64,000 nucleotides of DNA from Candidatus Poribacteria bacterium (lineage in GTDB: Bacteria > Poribacteria > WGA-4E > UBA9662), in the NCBI GenBank assembly GCA_036339735.1, contig JAYZAL010000088.1:64001-128000 (forward strand). The letters are read 5' to 3'. Numbering within the stretch: position 1 is the first letter of the stretch; every line of letters starts with the position of its first letter. The notes beneath the pieces were generated by a model. It saw only the letters and a list, made by a program, of their open reading frames with translations. It was not told where the DNA came from and ran no database searches. Shown in pieces: positions 9,689-19,645 of the stretch. The position numbers and the translations under genes were made by a program.

Positions 9689-10292
9689 TATTATGGTACC
9701 AGCATTACTAATTCTAATGCTGTCCTCAGTAGGATGCCAAGCGAAACCAACTCCTAACTCACCAATTACTGTCTCAGGAACTGATCAACTAAATCAGAGA
9801 ATAACTGCTATTGAAACCTGGGTGAATGCACGAAACGAGTCCAATAAAAAAGAGTCGAAGGACCTTGAAATACAACCTGATCAAGTAACAACAGGCCTAG
9901 AAATTCAACTTCAATTAATACAAAAGCAGCTAACGGACCTCAAAAATCAATCGCGATTACTAACGACCTTAGATCAAAATATCACCCAAATAGAAAAAAG
10001 AACGCAAGCCTTAGAGGAACGGGTGAACTTTATTTTATCAAAAACTGACGCAGGCCAGAAAGTTAGACCACCAGATTGGTTGTACAAAACGGTTTGGGAA
10101 AAAGAGAATATCGTCTATGCAGTCGGAACCGCTAATAATAAAAAATTAGCAATATTGAATGCCAAGAATAAATTGCGTAATTATTTTAACCACCAGATTA
10201 TTGACCAAGTACAGGTGCTAGAAGTTTTTAATCAAGGGCAAGAATTGTATATTTTAGTTGCTAAAAACAAAACAGCTGTCAAAGAACCGTGA
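9645..10292 (+). CDS. Hypothetical lipoprotein with coiled-coil
   Basis: Signal peptide ending in a lipobox-like SVGC, central heptad-rich coiled coil, C-terminal PDW...YAVG domain. Start is ATG 9645 or 9693 rather than the TTG at 9573. Confidence 0.6.
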   Translation: MFSLSLKFRIVLFFIIMVPALLILMLSSVGCQAKPTPNSPITVSGTDQLNQRITAIETWVNARNESNKKESKDLEIQPDQVTTGLEIQLQLIQKQLTDLKNQSRLLTTLDQNITQIEKRTQALEERVNFILSKTDAGQKVRPPDWLYKTVWEKENIVYAVGTANNKKLAILNAKNKLRNYFNHQIIDQVQVLEVFNQGQELYILVAKNKTAVKEP

Positions 10293-10330
10293 AACTTCTA
10301 ATTTAGACTGATTTTAGTAAACCCTAGAGT

Positions 10331-11422
10331 CTAAACGTTAAATCGAATTGTTAGAACATCACCATCTTGTACCACGTATTCCTTACCTTCCAAACGAAGT
10401 TTCCCAGTTGATTTGGCTTCGCTGAAACCACCCAACTGAACTAGGTCTTTCCAAAATATAGTTTCAGCCCGAATGAATCCACGTGCTAGGTCGCTATGAA
10501 TAGCACCAGCAGCTTCTATTGCTGTTGATCCTTTTGGCAAAGTCCATGCTCTAACTTCATTTGGTCCACCAGCGGTCAAAAATGTAATTAGGCCTAACAA
10601 TCGGTAAGAAACTTGAATGAATCGACTAAGAGCTGGTTCAGGTAGCCCCATTTCTTCCTGAAATATAACAGCCTCATCTGATTCCAGTTGAGCAATTTCC
10701 ATCTCAAGTCGAGCTGACAATGCAAAAATTTCGGTTTCCGACCTTTCAGCATAAGATGAAAAAACACCTTCAATTTTTTCTACTCGTTCGATTTCATCCT
10801 CTGCGATATTTAGAATGATCAGTAATGGCTTTTGAGACAAAAACTGATAACCACGGATCATTTTTTCCTCAACCTCAGAGAAATTTAACTCCCGAATAGC
10901 TGTACCACCTTGTAAGGATTCTTCGCACCTACGTAGCACCTCAAGTTGATTTTGCAGATCGGCGTTGTTTTGAACCCTTAAGTCTCTTTCTATCCGTTCA
11001 ATTCGTTTTTCAATAATCTGTAAATCTGCAACAGCAAATTCTAACTCGATTGTTTCGATATCTCTAATTGGATCGATTGAACCGTCGATGTGTGGCACAG
11101 ACTCGTCCGCAAATACACGCACAACTTGAGCCAGAGCATCAACTTCTCTTAGGTCCGCGAGAAAACTGGCTTCGAACCCGATTCTTTCAGAGTCGCCCTT
11201 AGAAAGACCCGCCACGTCAATATAGTCAATGGTAGTTGGTGTTACTTTTTTAGGCTTAAAAAGTTCTGCTAACTTTGTCAAACGAGGATCTGGTACTTGT
11301 ACGGAATTTACGTTCGAGGATTGGCTAGCAGCGTAATTACCGGTTTCTGCATCCGATCGGGTCAAAGCATTAAAAATGGTAGTCTTCCCTACGAAAGGTA
11401 AACCGACGATACCTACTTTCAT
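10331..11422 (-). CDS. ychF: Ribosome-binding ATPase YchF
   Basis: GIVGLPFVGKTT, DVAGL, AGAIHSDLARGFIRAE, RLEGKEYVVQDGDV..RFNV. Confidence 0.97.
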   Translation of the reverse strand: MKVGIVGLPFVGKTTIFNALTRSDAETGNYAASQSSNVNSVQVPDPRLTKLAELFKPKKVTPTTIDYIDVAGLSKGDSERIGFEASFLADLREVDALAQVVRVFADESVPHIDGSIDPIRDIETIELEFAVADLQIIEKRIERIERDLRVQNNADLQNQLEVLRRCEESLQGGTAIRELNFSEVEEKMIRGYQFLSQKPLLIILNIAEDEIERVEKIEGVFSSYAERSETEIFALSARLEMEIAQLESDEAVIFQEEMGLPEPALSRFIQVSYRLLGLITFLTAGGPNEVRAWTLPKGSTAIEAAGAIHSDLARGFIRAETIFWKDLVQLGGFSEAKSTGKLRLEGKEYVVQDGDVLTIRFNV

Positions 11423-11446
11423 ATTTATCTTTTCCTGTGTCCTGAA

Positions 11447-12526
11447 TTAACATAATCCGAGTTCGCGTCTGACAACATCTACACCAGCTACCATATTAGT
11501 TAACTTTTTCCTCGCAGCCCAACGTGCTGTTTGGCTTAATCCACAATCAGGAGCAAAAGACAATTTTTCCGCTGGTGCATAAGCCAAGCATCTACGTACT
11601 CGGTCAGCAATGTCTGATACGGTTTCTATATAGTAGCTTTTTACATCGATAATACCGACAGCTACATCTTTTACCTTGGCTATTGAACTAATAATATCCA
11701 GCTCAGAAAATTCACGGCTAGCCATTTCCAAGTGTATTTCATTTACATCCATTTCTAGAAAATGAGGGAACATTGGCTTATATTGGCGCAATCCAACAGC
11801 CCTTCCCTTATAGTTTCCAAAACAAAGATGAATCGAGAGTCTAACCTTCCCAGAAACAGGTGCTACTGTTCGGTTGAAAATATCAACCAACCGAATTGGA
11901 TCCTCTCGGTGTGCGTAACAACTCATAGATGGCTCGTCAACGGTAAGTTCTTGACAGCCGGCATTCACTAAATTTACTATCTCTTGTTGGACAATAGGTA
12001 TGAGTGCTTCAGTGATGGCGTACCGATCGATATAGTCTGAGTTTGGTAATAATCGACCACTCAGCGTATATGGACCTGGTACGGAGGCCTTAAGAATGGG
12101 TGTAGTATCTAGATGTGCAACTGACTGTTTCAGTTTTTTGAAATCAGATAAGGTTCCAAGACCTTTGGGTGCTGATAGCTGACCGACAATTTGATGTTTA
12201 CCTCTTTGGTCGTGAGCAGGAGGTCCAAAAAGGCGGGATGTAGTCGACTCCATTTTAATGCCTTGTAGAAAACCATAAAATGAGAGATTAAAATCTAGTC
12301 GACTCTGCTCACCATCTGTGATCATATCTAAACCGGCTCTCAATTGATCTTGAACTACGGTTGTAACCGCATCACTTTGCAATTCAGCTAAATCTTCTGA
12401 GCCAAACTGATCTAGGTTTTGTGCTGAAAACTCTAACCATCCTGGCAATGGGTAGCTACCAATAACGGTAGTTTGCAAGGGTTTTCGTGGAAATTGATTA
12501 ATGTCATATTTTTTCATTTTGCTCAA
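11447..12526 (-). CDS. Cobalamin-independent methionine synthase II family, catalytic domain only
   Basis: TTVIGSYP, TDGEQSR, VDEP, and Zn ligands HLC, HLE and APDCGL. At 359 aa it lacks the N-terminal MetE barrel. Confidence 0.88.
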   Translation of the reverse strand: MSKMKKYDINQFPRKPLQTTVIGSYPLPGWLEFSAQNLDQFGSEDLAELQSDAVTTVVQDQLRAGLDMITDGEQSRLDFNLSFYGFLQGIKMESTTSRLFGPPAHDQRGKHQIVGQLSAPKGLGTLSDFKKLKQSVAHLDTTPILKASVPGPYTLSGRLLPNSDYIDRYAITEALIPIVQQEIVNLVNAGCQELTVDEPSMSCYAHREDPIRLVDIFNRTVAPVSGKVRLSIHLCFGNYKGRAVGLRQYKPMFPHFLEMDVNEIHLEMASREFSELDIISSIAKVKDVAVGIIDVKSYYIETVSDIADRVRRCLAYAPAEKLSFAPDCGLSQTARWAARKKLTNMVAGVDVVRRELGLC

Positions 12527-12539
12527 TCAAGACTAATTT

Positions 12540-13097
12540 TTAGGTGTTTTCCCAAGGTGATGGCAAGGCCGCGGTTAACGTAAAAGTTGATTTTGCTAGT
12601 TCATCTAATCTTTCGTTGATCTTCTCTGACTGTACAAACATTTGTGGCGTCCGGTCATTACCAAAATCATCCCCAGTAGCGTAAACAAATCGAGGATTAA
12701 TTAAGCAACGAAAATCAAGCATCAGACTATTAGCAATACTCATTACCGACATATAACTAGAATGACCACCTGCAGCACAGGCGAACCCAACAACTTTTTG
12801 ACTCCACCTGCGGCCAGTTAATTCGATCATATTCTTGGCAGCAGAGTTAATGTCGTAGTTATAAATTGGTACAGTTAAGATAATTGCCCGAGCTTGTTCG
12901 ATACTTTCTTGCAGAAACTGCACATGTGGATTTTCAGATGCACCGCTTGTGCCGCATAGTGGGGCTGGGTGTTTCCGTAGATCAACCAAAGGTGACTCTG
13001 CTCCCAAATGGGATAGTTTTTCACTTAATTCTTTAGCTAGCACATAAGACCGACTTTGCGGATGAAGCGAACAACTAATAATAGTAATATTCATCAC
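12540..13097 (-). CDS. NADPH-dependent FMN reductase
   Basis: SCSLHPQSRS, PIYNYDINSAAKN and AGG flavodoxin-like motifs. Confidence 0.9.
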   Translation of the reverse strand: MMNITIISCSLHPQSRSYVLAKELSEKLSHLGAESPLVDLRKHPAPLCGTSGASENPHVQFLQESIEQARAIILTVPIYNYDINSAAKNMIELTGRRWSQKVVGFACAAGGHSSYMSVMSIANSLMLDFRCLINPRFVYATGDDFGNDRTPQMFVQSEKINERLDELAKSTFTLTAALPSPWENT

Positions 13098-13120
13098 TCT
13101 ATGATACTCTTAATTTTTTT

Positions 13121-14956
13121 CTAATTGAATATTTGGTTAAGTTCTGGATGATTCTCCACTATTTGATCAACTCTTTGGTTAACTGATTTTGATTCTATAA
13201 GTGGAGGTGCATTGTGGGGCTTGAAACGAGCATCAATCACTAATGGCCCTTTCGTTCCCCAGTGCTTATCTATTATGAATGAACTGGCGCCATAAATATC
13301 GGTAGCAGGATTAGAACGTGTGAATGTCAGCCACAGAAAATTTGACCAATCATCTACACAAAATTCTATATCATCTACAAGTACGACTAATGGAAGACTA
13401 GACCATCGACGTGGTTCAATAGCAGAACATAGACTCTCAACTTGACCTTTTGCTATTTCATAATTTTCAGTAAATCTTGGTGCTCCCACAGCACATATGC
13501 CAGGTATAACGATCTTTGAATGATTAAAAGGTGAAGCTAACTGTTGTGGGATTTCAGTTGCTAAGTCCCTAATTTTTGAGCCGGCCGCAGCAATCACGAC
13601 CTTAGAGCCGAGATTTAGCTCAGGGGTAGAGTAATCTAAGGTATCTATAGTCGTTTGGGTTTGAAAGTGAAGATCTCGACTCAAATCAACTCGCTCTAAT
13701 AAATGAACAAAAAAAGATTGGGTACATTGCGTTGACAGGTCAGAATTATCTTCTTGGGCTACGATAAACAAATACTTAGCTAGGCTACATTGATTGAATC
13801 CTAAAATTGCGTTAGCTTGGGTCAATAGTTCCATTGGTAATCGTTGTTGATAAGGCACATACCGCTCACTACCAATGGCGAGTAGCAATGGATGTACCCC
13901 TGCTTCATCAACAGCGTTTAGTTCTTTTACACCGGGTATTTCAACTGGTACCATAGGTTTGGTAATTTCGTGTATTAAATGACCAAAAGTGCTGTCTTCT
14001 TGTGGTGGACGACCAACGACGGTAAACGGCCAAATAGCATTTGGCCGATGGAAAACCTTTTCGACCTTCATATAAGGAAATTCGTGAGTTAGGCTATAAT
14101 AACCCAGATGATCTCCAAAGGGGCCTTCTGGTTTGGTTTTTTGGGGATCAATCGTTCCAACCAGACAGAAGTCAGCGTCAGCTAAAATCGGGTACTCGTT
14201 CCAACGAGTATAACGTACATTACGATCAGCCATCATACCAGCAAAGACAATTTCAGATAAGCCTTCTGGTAAGGGCATTACGGCAGCCAAAGTGTGGGCA
14301 GGGGGGCCACCAACAAAAATACATACTTTCAAAGGTTGCTTTTTCTTGATGGCTTTGGCGTGATGTATACCAATACCTCTATGAATCTGGTAGTGAAGCC
14401 CAACTTCTTCATTGTATCGGTAGTCATTACCCGACAGCTGTACCCGATACATACCTAGATTTGTATTAAATAAACCTCCCTTTTCTGGATCTTCGGTCAA
14501 AACCTGAGGCAAGGTGATGAAAGCACCGCCATCCATTGGCCAACTAATAATTTGTGGGAGTTGGGATACCGTTGTCTGGCTGGCCAATACTGGGGCTAAA
14601 CGAGTCGGTATCGGTAAGGATCGTAAACCTGCGGTAGATAACGGAAACAGATTCTTCAGATCGGAAAAAACACTCGCCGGTCTGGCTTTGAATCGGACCG
14701 CAGTTTTTACTGGAGAAAGGCTCTTTCTAAAAATGTATCGGCTGCGTTCGATCGTACCAAACAAGTTGGATGTAGCACGGAACGGTGTACCAATCACTTT
14801 CTCAAAAAAGAGCGCAGGTCCACCAACTTTGTAAACTCGACGGGTGAGTTCAGCCATCTCTAGATTGGGGGAGATTGGTTCTGTTACCCGAATCAATTGG
14901 TTTGTTTTATCTAAATCTCGGATGCAGTCTTCGGTACATCGATAGGCTTTGGTCAC
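13121..14956 (-). CDS. UbiD family prFMN-dependent decarboxylase (long ~610-aa type)
   Basis: DGGAFITLP, NLGMYRVQ, PEGPFGDHLGYYS, TVVGRPPQED, DTLDYS, IDAR.K. Confidence 0.93.
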   Translation of the reverse strand: MTKAYRCTEDCIRDLDKTNQLIRVTEPISPNLEMAELTRRVYKVGGPALFFEKVIGTPFRATSNLFGTIERSRYIFRKSLSPVKTAVRFKARPASVFSDLKNLFPLSTAGLRSLPIPTRLAPVLASQTTVSQLPQIISWPMDGGAFITLPQVLTEDPEKGGLFNTNLGMYRVQLSGNDYRYNEEVGLHYQIHRGIGIHHAKAIKKKQPLKVCIFVGGPPAHTLAAVMPLPEGLSEIVFAGMMADRNVRYTRWNEYPILADADFCLVGTIDPQKTKPEGPFGDHLGYYSLTHEFPYMKVEKVFHRPNAIWPFTVVGRPPQEDSTFGHLIHEITKPMVPVEIPGVKELNAVDEAGVHPLLLAIGSERYVPYQQRLPMELLTQANAILGFNQCSLAKYLFIVAQEDNSDLSTQCTQSFFVHLLERVDLSRDLHFQTQTTIDTLDYSTPELNLGSKVVIAAAGSKIRDLATEIPQQLASPFNHSKIVIPGICAVGAPRFTENYEIAKGQVESLCSAIEPRRWSSLPLVVLVDDIEFCVDDWSNFLWLTFTRSNPATDIYGASSFIIDKHWGTKGPLVIDARFKPHNAPPLIESKSVNQRVDQIVENHPELNQIFN

Positions 14957-14980
14957 TCTTCTGGGTCGTTCAACTTGTTG

Positions 14981-15259
14981 CTAACAACCCCCTCCCATAG
15001 CCGGCAAAAAATGTACTTCTGAGTTAGGTCCGATAGTTGATCGCATACCTCTGTCGATCAACACACCATCAACATAGACACCAATATAAGGGCTAATACG
15101 TTCAATACCATCATCGTGGTGGCATAGCCGATCTTTCACACCAGGGAACTCCGCTTCCATATTGTCCAATAATTCTCGTATCGTTGTTCCCGTAATTTCA
15201 ACTTGACTTTTTTCGTTAGTCAAATCACGCATCAAGGAAGGAATAGAAACAATGGCCAA
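14981..15259 (-). CDS. MoaD/ThiS family sulfur carrier
   Basis: 92-aa beta-grasp protein ending in LPAMGGGC. Confidence 0.88.
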   Translation of the reverse strand: MAIVSIPSLMRDLTNEKSQVEITGTTIRELLDNMEAEFPGVKDRLCHHDDGIERISPYIGVYVDGVLIDRGMRSTIGPNSEVHFLPAMGGGC

Positions 15260-15343
15260 AACTTAACCCATAGTTGAAGTGTTCGGATAATTTTCCCAAT
15301 CTATAAACCAAAGGTAATCAATAATCGCAATAGAGAGGGGTCT

Positions 15344-17584
15344 CTAAATTTTATCTAGAGCTTTAAGAACTACACCCGGGTTCATCGGCAAATCAGTCAT
15401 TCGAACACCAATGGCGCGCGAAACTGCATTGGCAATAGCTGCTAAGGGGGGTACCAATGGTACTTCACCAACGCCACGCACTCCAAATGGATGACCAGGG
15501 TTCGGTACTTCGACCAAAACAGTATCAATCATCGGAGTATCGTAGCAAGTCGGCATCCGATAGTCAAGAAAGCTAGAGTTTTTCATTTCTCCATTTTCAC
15601 CAAAAACGTACTCTTCACTCAAAGCCCAACCAATTCCTTGTACCACTCCACCCTGCATCTGTCCTTCGACGTAACTAGGGTGGATAGCAGTCCCAACGTC
15701 TTGCACGGCCGTATAGCGTAAAATTTCAACTTTTCCTGTTTCTTCATCAACTTCTACGTCCACAATATGTGTACCGAAACCACCACCAGCTCCACCAGTA
15801 GATTCAGTAACAGAACCAACAACCGGAGCACATATTTTTGCCGCTTCCTTGAAATCACAGCTCTTATTACTGCTCGAGAAGACCCCATCTGCGAATTCTA
15901 CTTGATCCGCTTCCCAATGATCTGCCATTTGATCTATCATCTGGGCAATAACATCTTCTGCTGCTCGGATTGCGACTAAACCTGTAGCATGAGTAGTTCG
16001 ACTGCCTCCAGTCACACCAGTCTCTCCGATAGTATTAGTATCAACTACTGCTGGTCGCACATCTTCCGACGCAATTCCTAAAACCTCCGCGGCTTGCATC
16101 GCAATTGAGGCACGAGAACCACCGATATCCGTCGACCCCTCGAGTAGCATAATGGTCCCATCTCCATTAACGGTTAGATTAACGCTTGACCGACCTGCCC
16201 CATTTCCCCAATACCCAGACGCAATACCGCGACCTTGTCGCTTAAGAATATCAATCTCACTTTGGTAGTGTTTGTGTTTTTGTGCTGCTGAAACAGTTTC
16301 TAGGTAACCTATTTTTCCGTGAATGGGTCCAGTCGGTCGACGGTCACCTTCTTTAGCTCCATTGAATAGACGAAATTCTAGAGGGTCAATCTCTAATTTT
16401 TGACAAATTTCGTCTATTACACACTCTGCAGCAAATGATCCATTTGGGGCACCAGGAGCTCGATAAGCCGATGAACGTGGTTTGTTAACGACAACATCAA
16501 ATCCATCTATCCTTAAGTTGGGTATCTTATAAGCTGTAAACATACAGTTAGCACCAGCTCCAACAGCAGATCCTGGGTAGGCACCAGCTTCGTAGAATAG
16601 GTCAGCCTCAGCTGCGGTAATACGTCCATCTTTTGTTGCTCCGATCTTGACTCGAATCAAAGTCGCAGGAGCTGGCCCAGTCCCTTCAAATACTTCTTCC
16701 CGACTCATGGTGATTTTGACCGGAAATCCAGTTCTAATAGAGATCAGCGCTGCTAGTGGGCTAACATAAACACGTATTTTACCACCGAATCCTCCACCAA
16801 TCTCTAGTGGAACTACCTTGATTTTACTAGCAGGATGTCGCAGAATTTCAGCCACTTGATCACGGACAGCAAATGCCCCCTGCGTACTAGTCCAAACTGT
16901 CAATTCTCCATCAGGATTATATTTTGCCGTTGCCGTATGGGGTTCAATATATCCTTGATGTACGGTTTGAGTTGTAAATGTTCTTTCAACAATTACCCCA
17001 TTAGTCTCGGCCTGTGAGAAACCTAGACTCAAGTCGCCATTTTCGTGTCGAAAATGAGAGGCAATGTTGGTAGGTGTTTCTGTTTTCTCACCAAGTGTGT
17101 TTGTTGTCAAAGACTGGTGAAGTACTACTGCATCTGGGGCAATTGCTTCTTCTACGGAAGTTACCGATGCAAGTATTTCATATTCAACGTCAATTAGATC
17201 AACCGCTTCTTGGGCTGTGTGAATATCAGTAGCTGCAACGACTGCAATCGGCTGTCCCTTATAAAAAACTTTTTCACTAGCCAACACATTGTCGCTCAGG
17301 AAACGCATATTTTCTGGTATCTCACCAAATTCTGCGATTCTTTCTTCCACAATAGGTAAGTCACTACCAGTGATAATATCCTTAACTCCTGGATATTCCA
17401 GAGCCTGACTAACATCTAGAGAAATTATCTTGGCATGTGCGTGAGGGCTACGTAGGACTTTTCCATATAACATATCCGGAAAATTCAGATCGGCTCCATA
17501 CTTTGCCCTACCAGTTACTTTGTCTACCCCATCATGACGAATAGGTCGACTACCAATAACTTTGTAACCATTTCCATTTTTCAT
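15344..17584 (-). CDS. Xanthine dehydrogenase-family molybdopterin-binding large subunit
   Basis: DKVTGRAKY, HQGYIEP, GGGFGGK, AYRAPGAP, GQMQGGVVQGIGWAL, GVRGVGE. Confidence 0.95.
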   Translation of the reverse strand: MKNGNGYKVIGSRPIRHDGVDKVTGRAKYGADLNFPDMLYGKVLRSPHAHAKIISLDVSQALEYPGVKDIITGSDLPIVEERIAEFGEIPENMRFLSDNVLASEKVFYKGQPIAVVAATDIHTAQEAVDLIDVEYEILASVTSVEEAIAPDAVVLHQSLTTNTLGEKTETPTNIASHFRHENGDLSLGFSQAETNGVIVERTFTTQTVHQGYIEPHTATAKYNPDGELTVWTSTQGAFAVRDQVAEILRHPASKIKVVPLEIGGGFGGKIRVYVSPLAALISIRTGFPVKITMSREEVFEGTGPAPATLIRVKIGATKDGRITAAEADLFYEAGAYPGSAVGAGANCMFTAYKIPNLRIDGFDVVVNKPRSSAYRAPGAPNGSFAAECVIDEICQKLEIDPLEFRLFNGAKEGDRRPTGPIHGKIGYLETVSAAQKHKHYQSEIDILKRQGRGIASGYWGNGAGRSSVNLTVNGDGTIMLLEGSTDIGGSRASIAMQAAEVLGIASEDVRPAVVDTNTIGETGVTGGSRTTHATGLVAIRAAEDVIAQMIDQMADHWEADQVEFADGVFSSSNKSCDFKEAAKICAPVVGSVTESTGGAGGGFGTHIVDVEVDEETGKVEILRYTAVQDVGTAIHPSYVEGQMQGGVVQGIGWALSEEYVFGENGEMKNSSFLDYRMPTCYDTPMIDTVLVEVPNPGHPFGVRGVGEVPLVPPLAAIANAVSRAIGVRMTDLPMNPGVVLKALDKI

Positions 17585-18066
17585 TATAGGTCGTCCTCTC
17601 CGTTATCTGCAGCATCCAAGACAGCACGCACAATCTTGTCATATCCGGTGCAACGACAGAGGTTTCCAGCCAACCAGAACCGAACTTCCTTCTCAGTTGG
17701 ATTGGGGTTACTCTCAAGTAAAGCTTTTGCATTCATAATGAACCCTGGTGTACAAATACCGCATTGCAAGGCGGCATGCTCCAAGAATTTTTGCTGCAGT
17801 GGGTGTAACCCTTCAGGTGAAGCAACACCTTCGATAGTTTCGATTTTATTTCCCTCGGCCTCTACACCTAACATACAACATGAGTTAACAGGTCGACCTT
17901 CGACCATTATGGTGCACGCACCACAGTTCCCATTGTTACATCCTTCTTTAGCACCTGTTAAATCAAGATCGTCTCGAAGAACTTCGAGCATACTCTGTCG
18001 GGGCTCGCATAAAAACTCAACACTGTCACCGTTAATTTGCGTCTGTACATGAACTTTTCTTGACAT
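17584..18066 (-). CDS. (2Fe-2S) small subunit of Mo-hydroxylase (CoxS/CutS-like)
   Basis: GCNNGNCGAC, QCGICTPG, GNLCRCTGY. Confidence 0.96.
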   Translation of the reverse strand: MSRKVHVQTQINGDSVEFLCEPRQSMLEVLRDDLDLTGAKEGCNNGNCGACTIMVEGRPVNSCCMLGVEAEGNKIETIEGVASPEGLHPLQQKFLEHAALQCGICTPGFIMNAKALLESNPNPTEKEVRFWLAGNLCRCTGYDKIVRAVLDAADNGEDDL

Positions 18067-18938
18067 TAAGCAGTCTCCTTAATTCGGCTGATGGCACCAT
18101 TCAACGCCCGCTTAGTCAATACACCAACCAAATGTTTCCTCTGTTCTGCACTACCTCTCATATCGCTAATTGGACGAGCGACGTCTTGTGCTGCAGAACA
18201 TGCTGTTTGAATCGATTCCTCGCTAACCGGTTGTCCAGCTAATATGCTACCAGCTTCCTCCGCAAAGAGTGGCGTCGCAGCAACTGCTCCGAGAGCAATA
18301 CGTGCTGAAACGAAGGTTCTGTGATCGGAGGTCAACTCTACCGAGGCTCCTACACCAACTACAGCAATATCCATTTCATTACGAGGAATAAAGCGAAGGT
18401 AGAAACTACTAGAGTTGTCAGCTGGTTTAGGTAAAACTAACTTGACCAATAGTTCATTACTAGATAGTGCCGTCTGTCCAGGCCCAGTACAGAATTCTTC
18501 CACTGCGACTTTTCGATCTCCGTTTGGTCCTTGAATAACACAGCTCGCTCCAAGTGCAATCAGTGCTGGGATAGAATCTGCAGCCGGCGACGCATTACAC
18601 AAGTTGCCTCCAATGCTGGCCCGACTTTGAATTTGCACTCCACCGATGATACTCGTGGAATCAACTAGAGCTGGAAATAATCTTTGCACATCCTCATTGC
18701 CATAAACTTGATAGCAAGGAACGGAAGCCCCGATCTGCAAATCCCCATTGTAAGAAATCTCGTTGAATTCGGGAATTTTTTTGATATCGACTAATAAGTC
18801 AACTTGGCGACGGTTTTCTCGAACCTGAACAATCAGGTCTGTTCCACCACTCAAAATTCGAGCTTGATCTCCGTGCTTATCTAAGAGGCCTATGGCTTCC
18901 CCCAAACTTTCGGCTGCCACATATTCGAATGCTTGCAA
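18066..18938 (-). CDS. FAD-binding medium subunit of Mo-hydroxylase (CoxM/CutM-like)
   Basis: LSGGTDL, ASIGGNLCNASPAAD, PISDMRGS. AGGAG RBS before a TTG start. Confidence 0.95.
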   Translation of the reverse strand: MQAFEYVAAESLGEAIGLLDKHGDQARILSGGTDLIVQVRENRRQVDLLVDIKKIPEFNEISYNGDLQIGASVPCYQVYGNEDVQRLFPALVDSTSIIGGVQIQSRASIGGNLCNASPAADSIPALIALGASCVIQGPNGDRKVAVEEFCTGPGQTALSSNELLVKLVLPKPADNSSSFYLRFIPRNEMDIAVVGVGASVELTSDHRTFVSARIALGAVAATPLFAEEAGSILAGQPVSEESIQTACSAAQDVARPISDMRGSAEQRKHLVGVLTKRALNGAISRIKETA

Positions 18939-19119
18939 ATCGAACTCCTTTAATCTGTTTCAGTTATGTACCCAAATCTATAACACACTAAACTAATTAA
19001 GGTCGTTTAAGACCCAGAGAGACTATCATCATTCTCTCACATCAAGGTTTATCAAATCGAAAAGAGCGTGCAAGACACACACCTCTGATTTTCGATTGTA
19101 TCTGATACCCAAATAAATG

Positions 19120-19632
19120 TCAACGGCTAAAGCCACCAAGCAATAGGTCAATATAGGACTCGCCGACGGGGATTATAGAACAAATTTTTAATCGTTGTTT
19201 TATCTGATTATGCTCATTTGTAGCTGTTTGGATTGAATGATGTTGTATCACTGTTTCAAGCTCGATGAACTGCCCCAAATCTTTAACAAAGTCAAGATGA
19301 ATGCGAGTATTGTCAAGAAGCCAGAGATATCGTTTCTTTACTACTACTCCTCTTACGCCTAGGGTTTTCTTCAAGATTTGTTTAAGAATTGAGGGGTTCG
19401 AGACAGGCATTACTTGATAATTACTAAGCCGGGAAGATTGGTCGTTAGCTCTATGGTAACCTATCAATTCCGAGCAATCATCCATTTGCCGTAACTTCAA
19501 ACGGCCAGAAGAAACTCGGAAATATGTGTCAATTTGGTGTAACTCGGATTCGAATCGAGCTGACATCTTCTCTAATTCGTTAATGCAACCTTCATAGTCG
19601 TTAAGGGGGACTTTCAGCTCCAGGTTTTTCAC
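19120..19632 (-). CDS. CYTH domain protein (class IV adenylate cyclase-like)
   Basis: NLELK, QIDTYF, RLKLR, KKR, RIHLDFV..LGQFIELE, SYIDLL. Confidence 0.9.
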   Translation of the reverse strand: MKNLELKVPLNDYEGCINELEKMSARFESELHQIDTYFRVSSGRLKLRQMDDCSELIGYHRANDQSSRLSNYQVMPVSNPSILKQILKKTLGVRGVVVKKRYLWLLDNTRIHLDFVKDLGQFIELETVIQHHSIQTATNEHNQIKQRLKICSIIPVGESYIDLLLGGFSR

Positions 19633-19645
19633 AGCTCGTTCCCTC

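Noticed and set aside
15344-18938. Aerobic carbon monoxide dehydrogenase (coxMSL)
   Set aside because: The active-site loop is AYRAPG, not AYRCSFR or AYRGAGR, and there are no coxDEFG genes.
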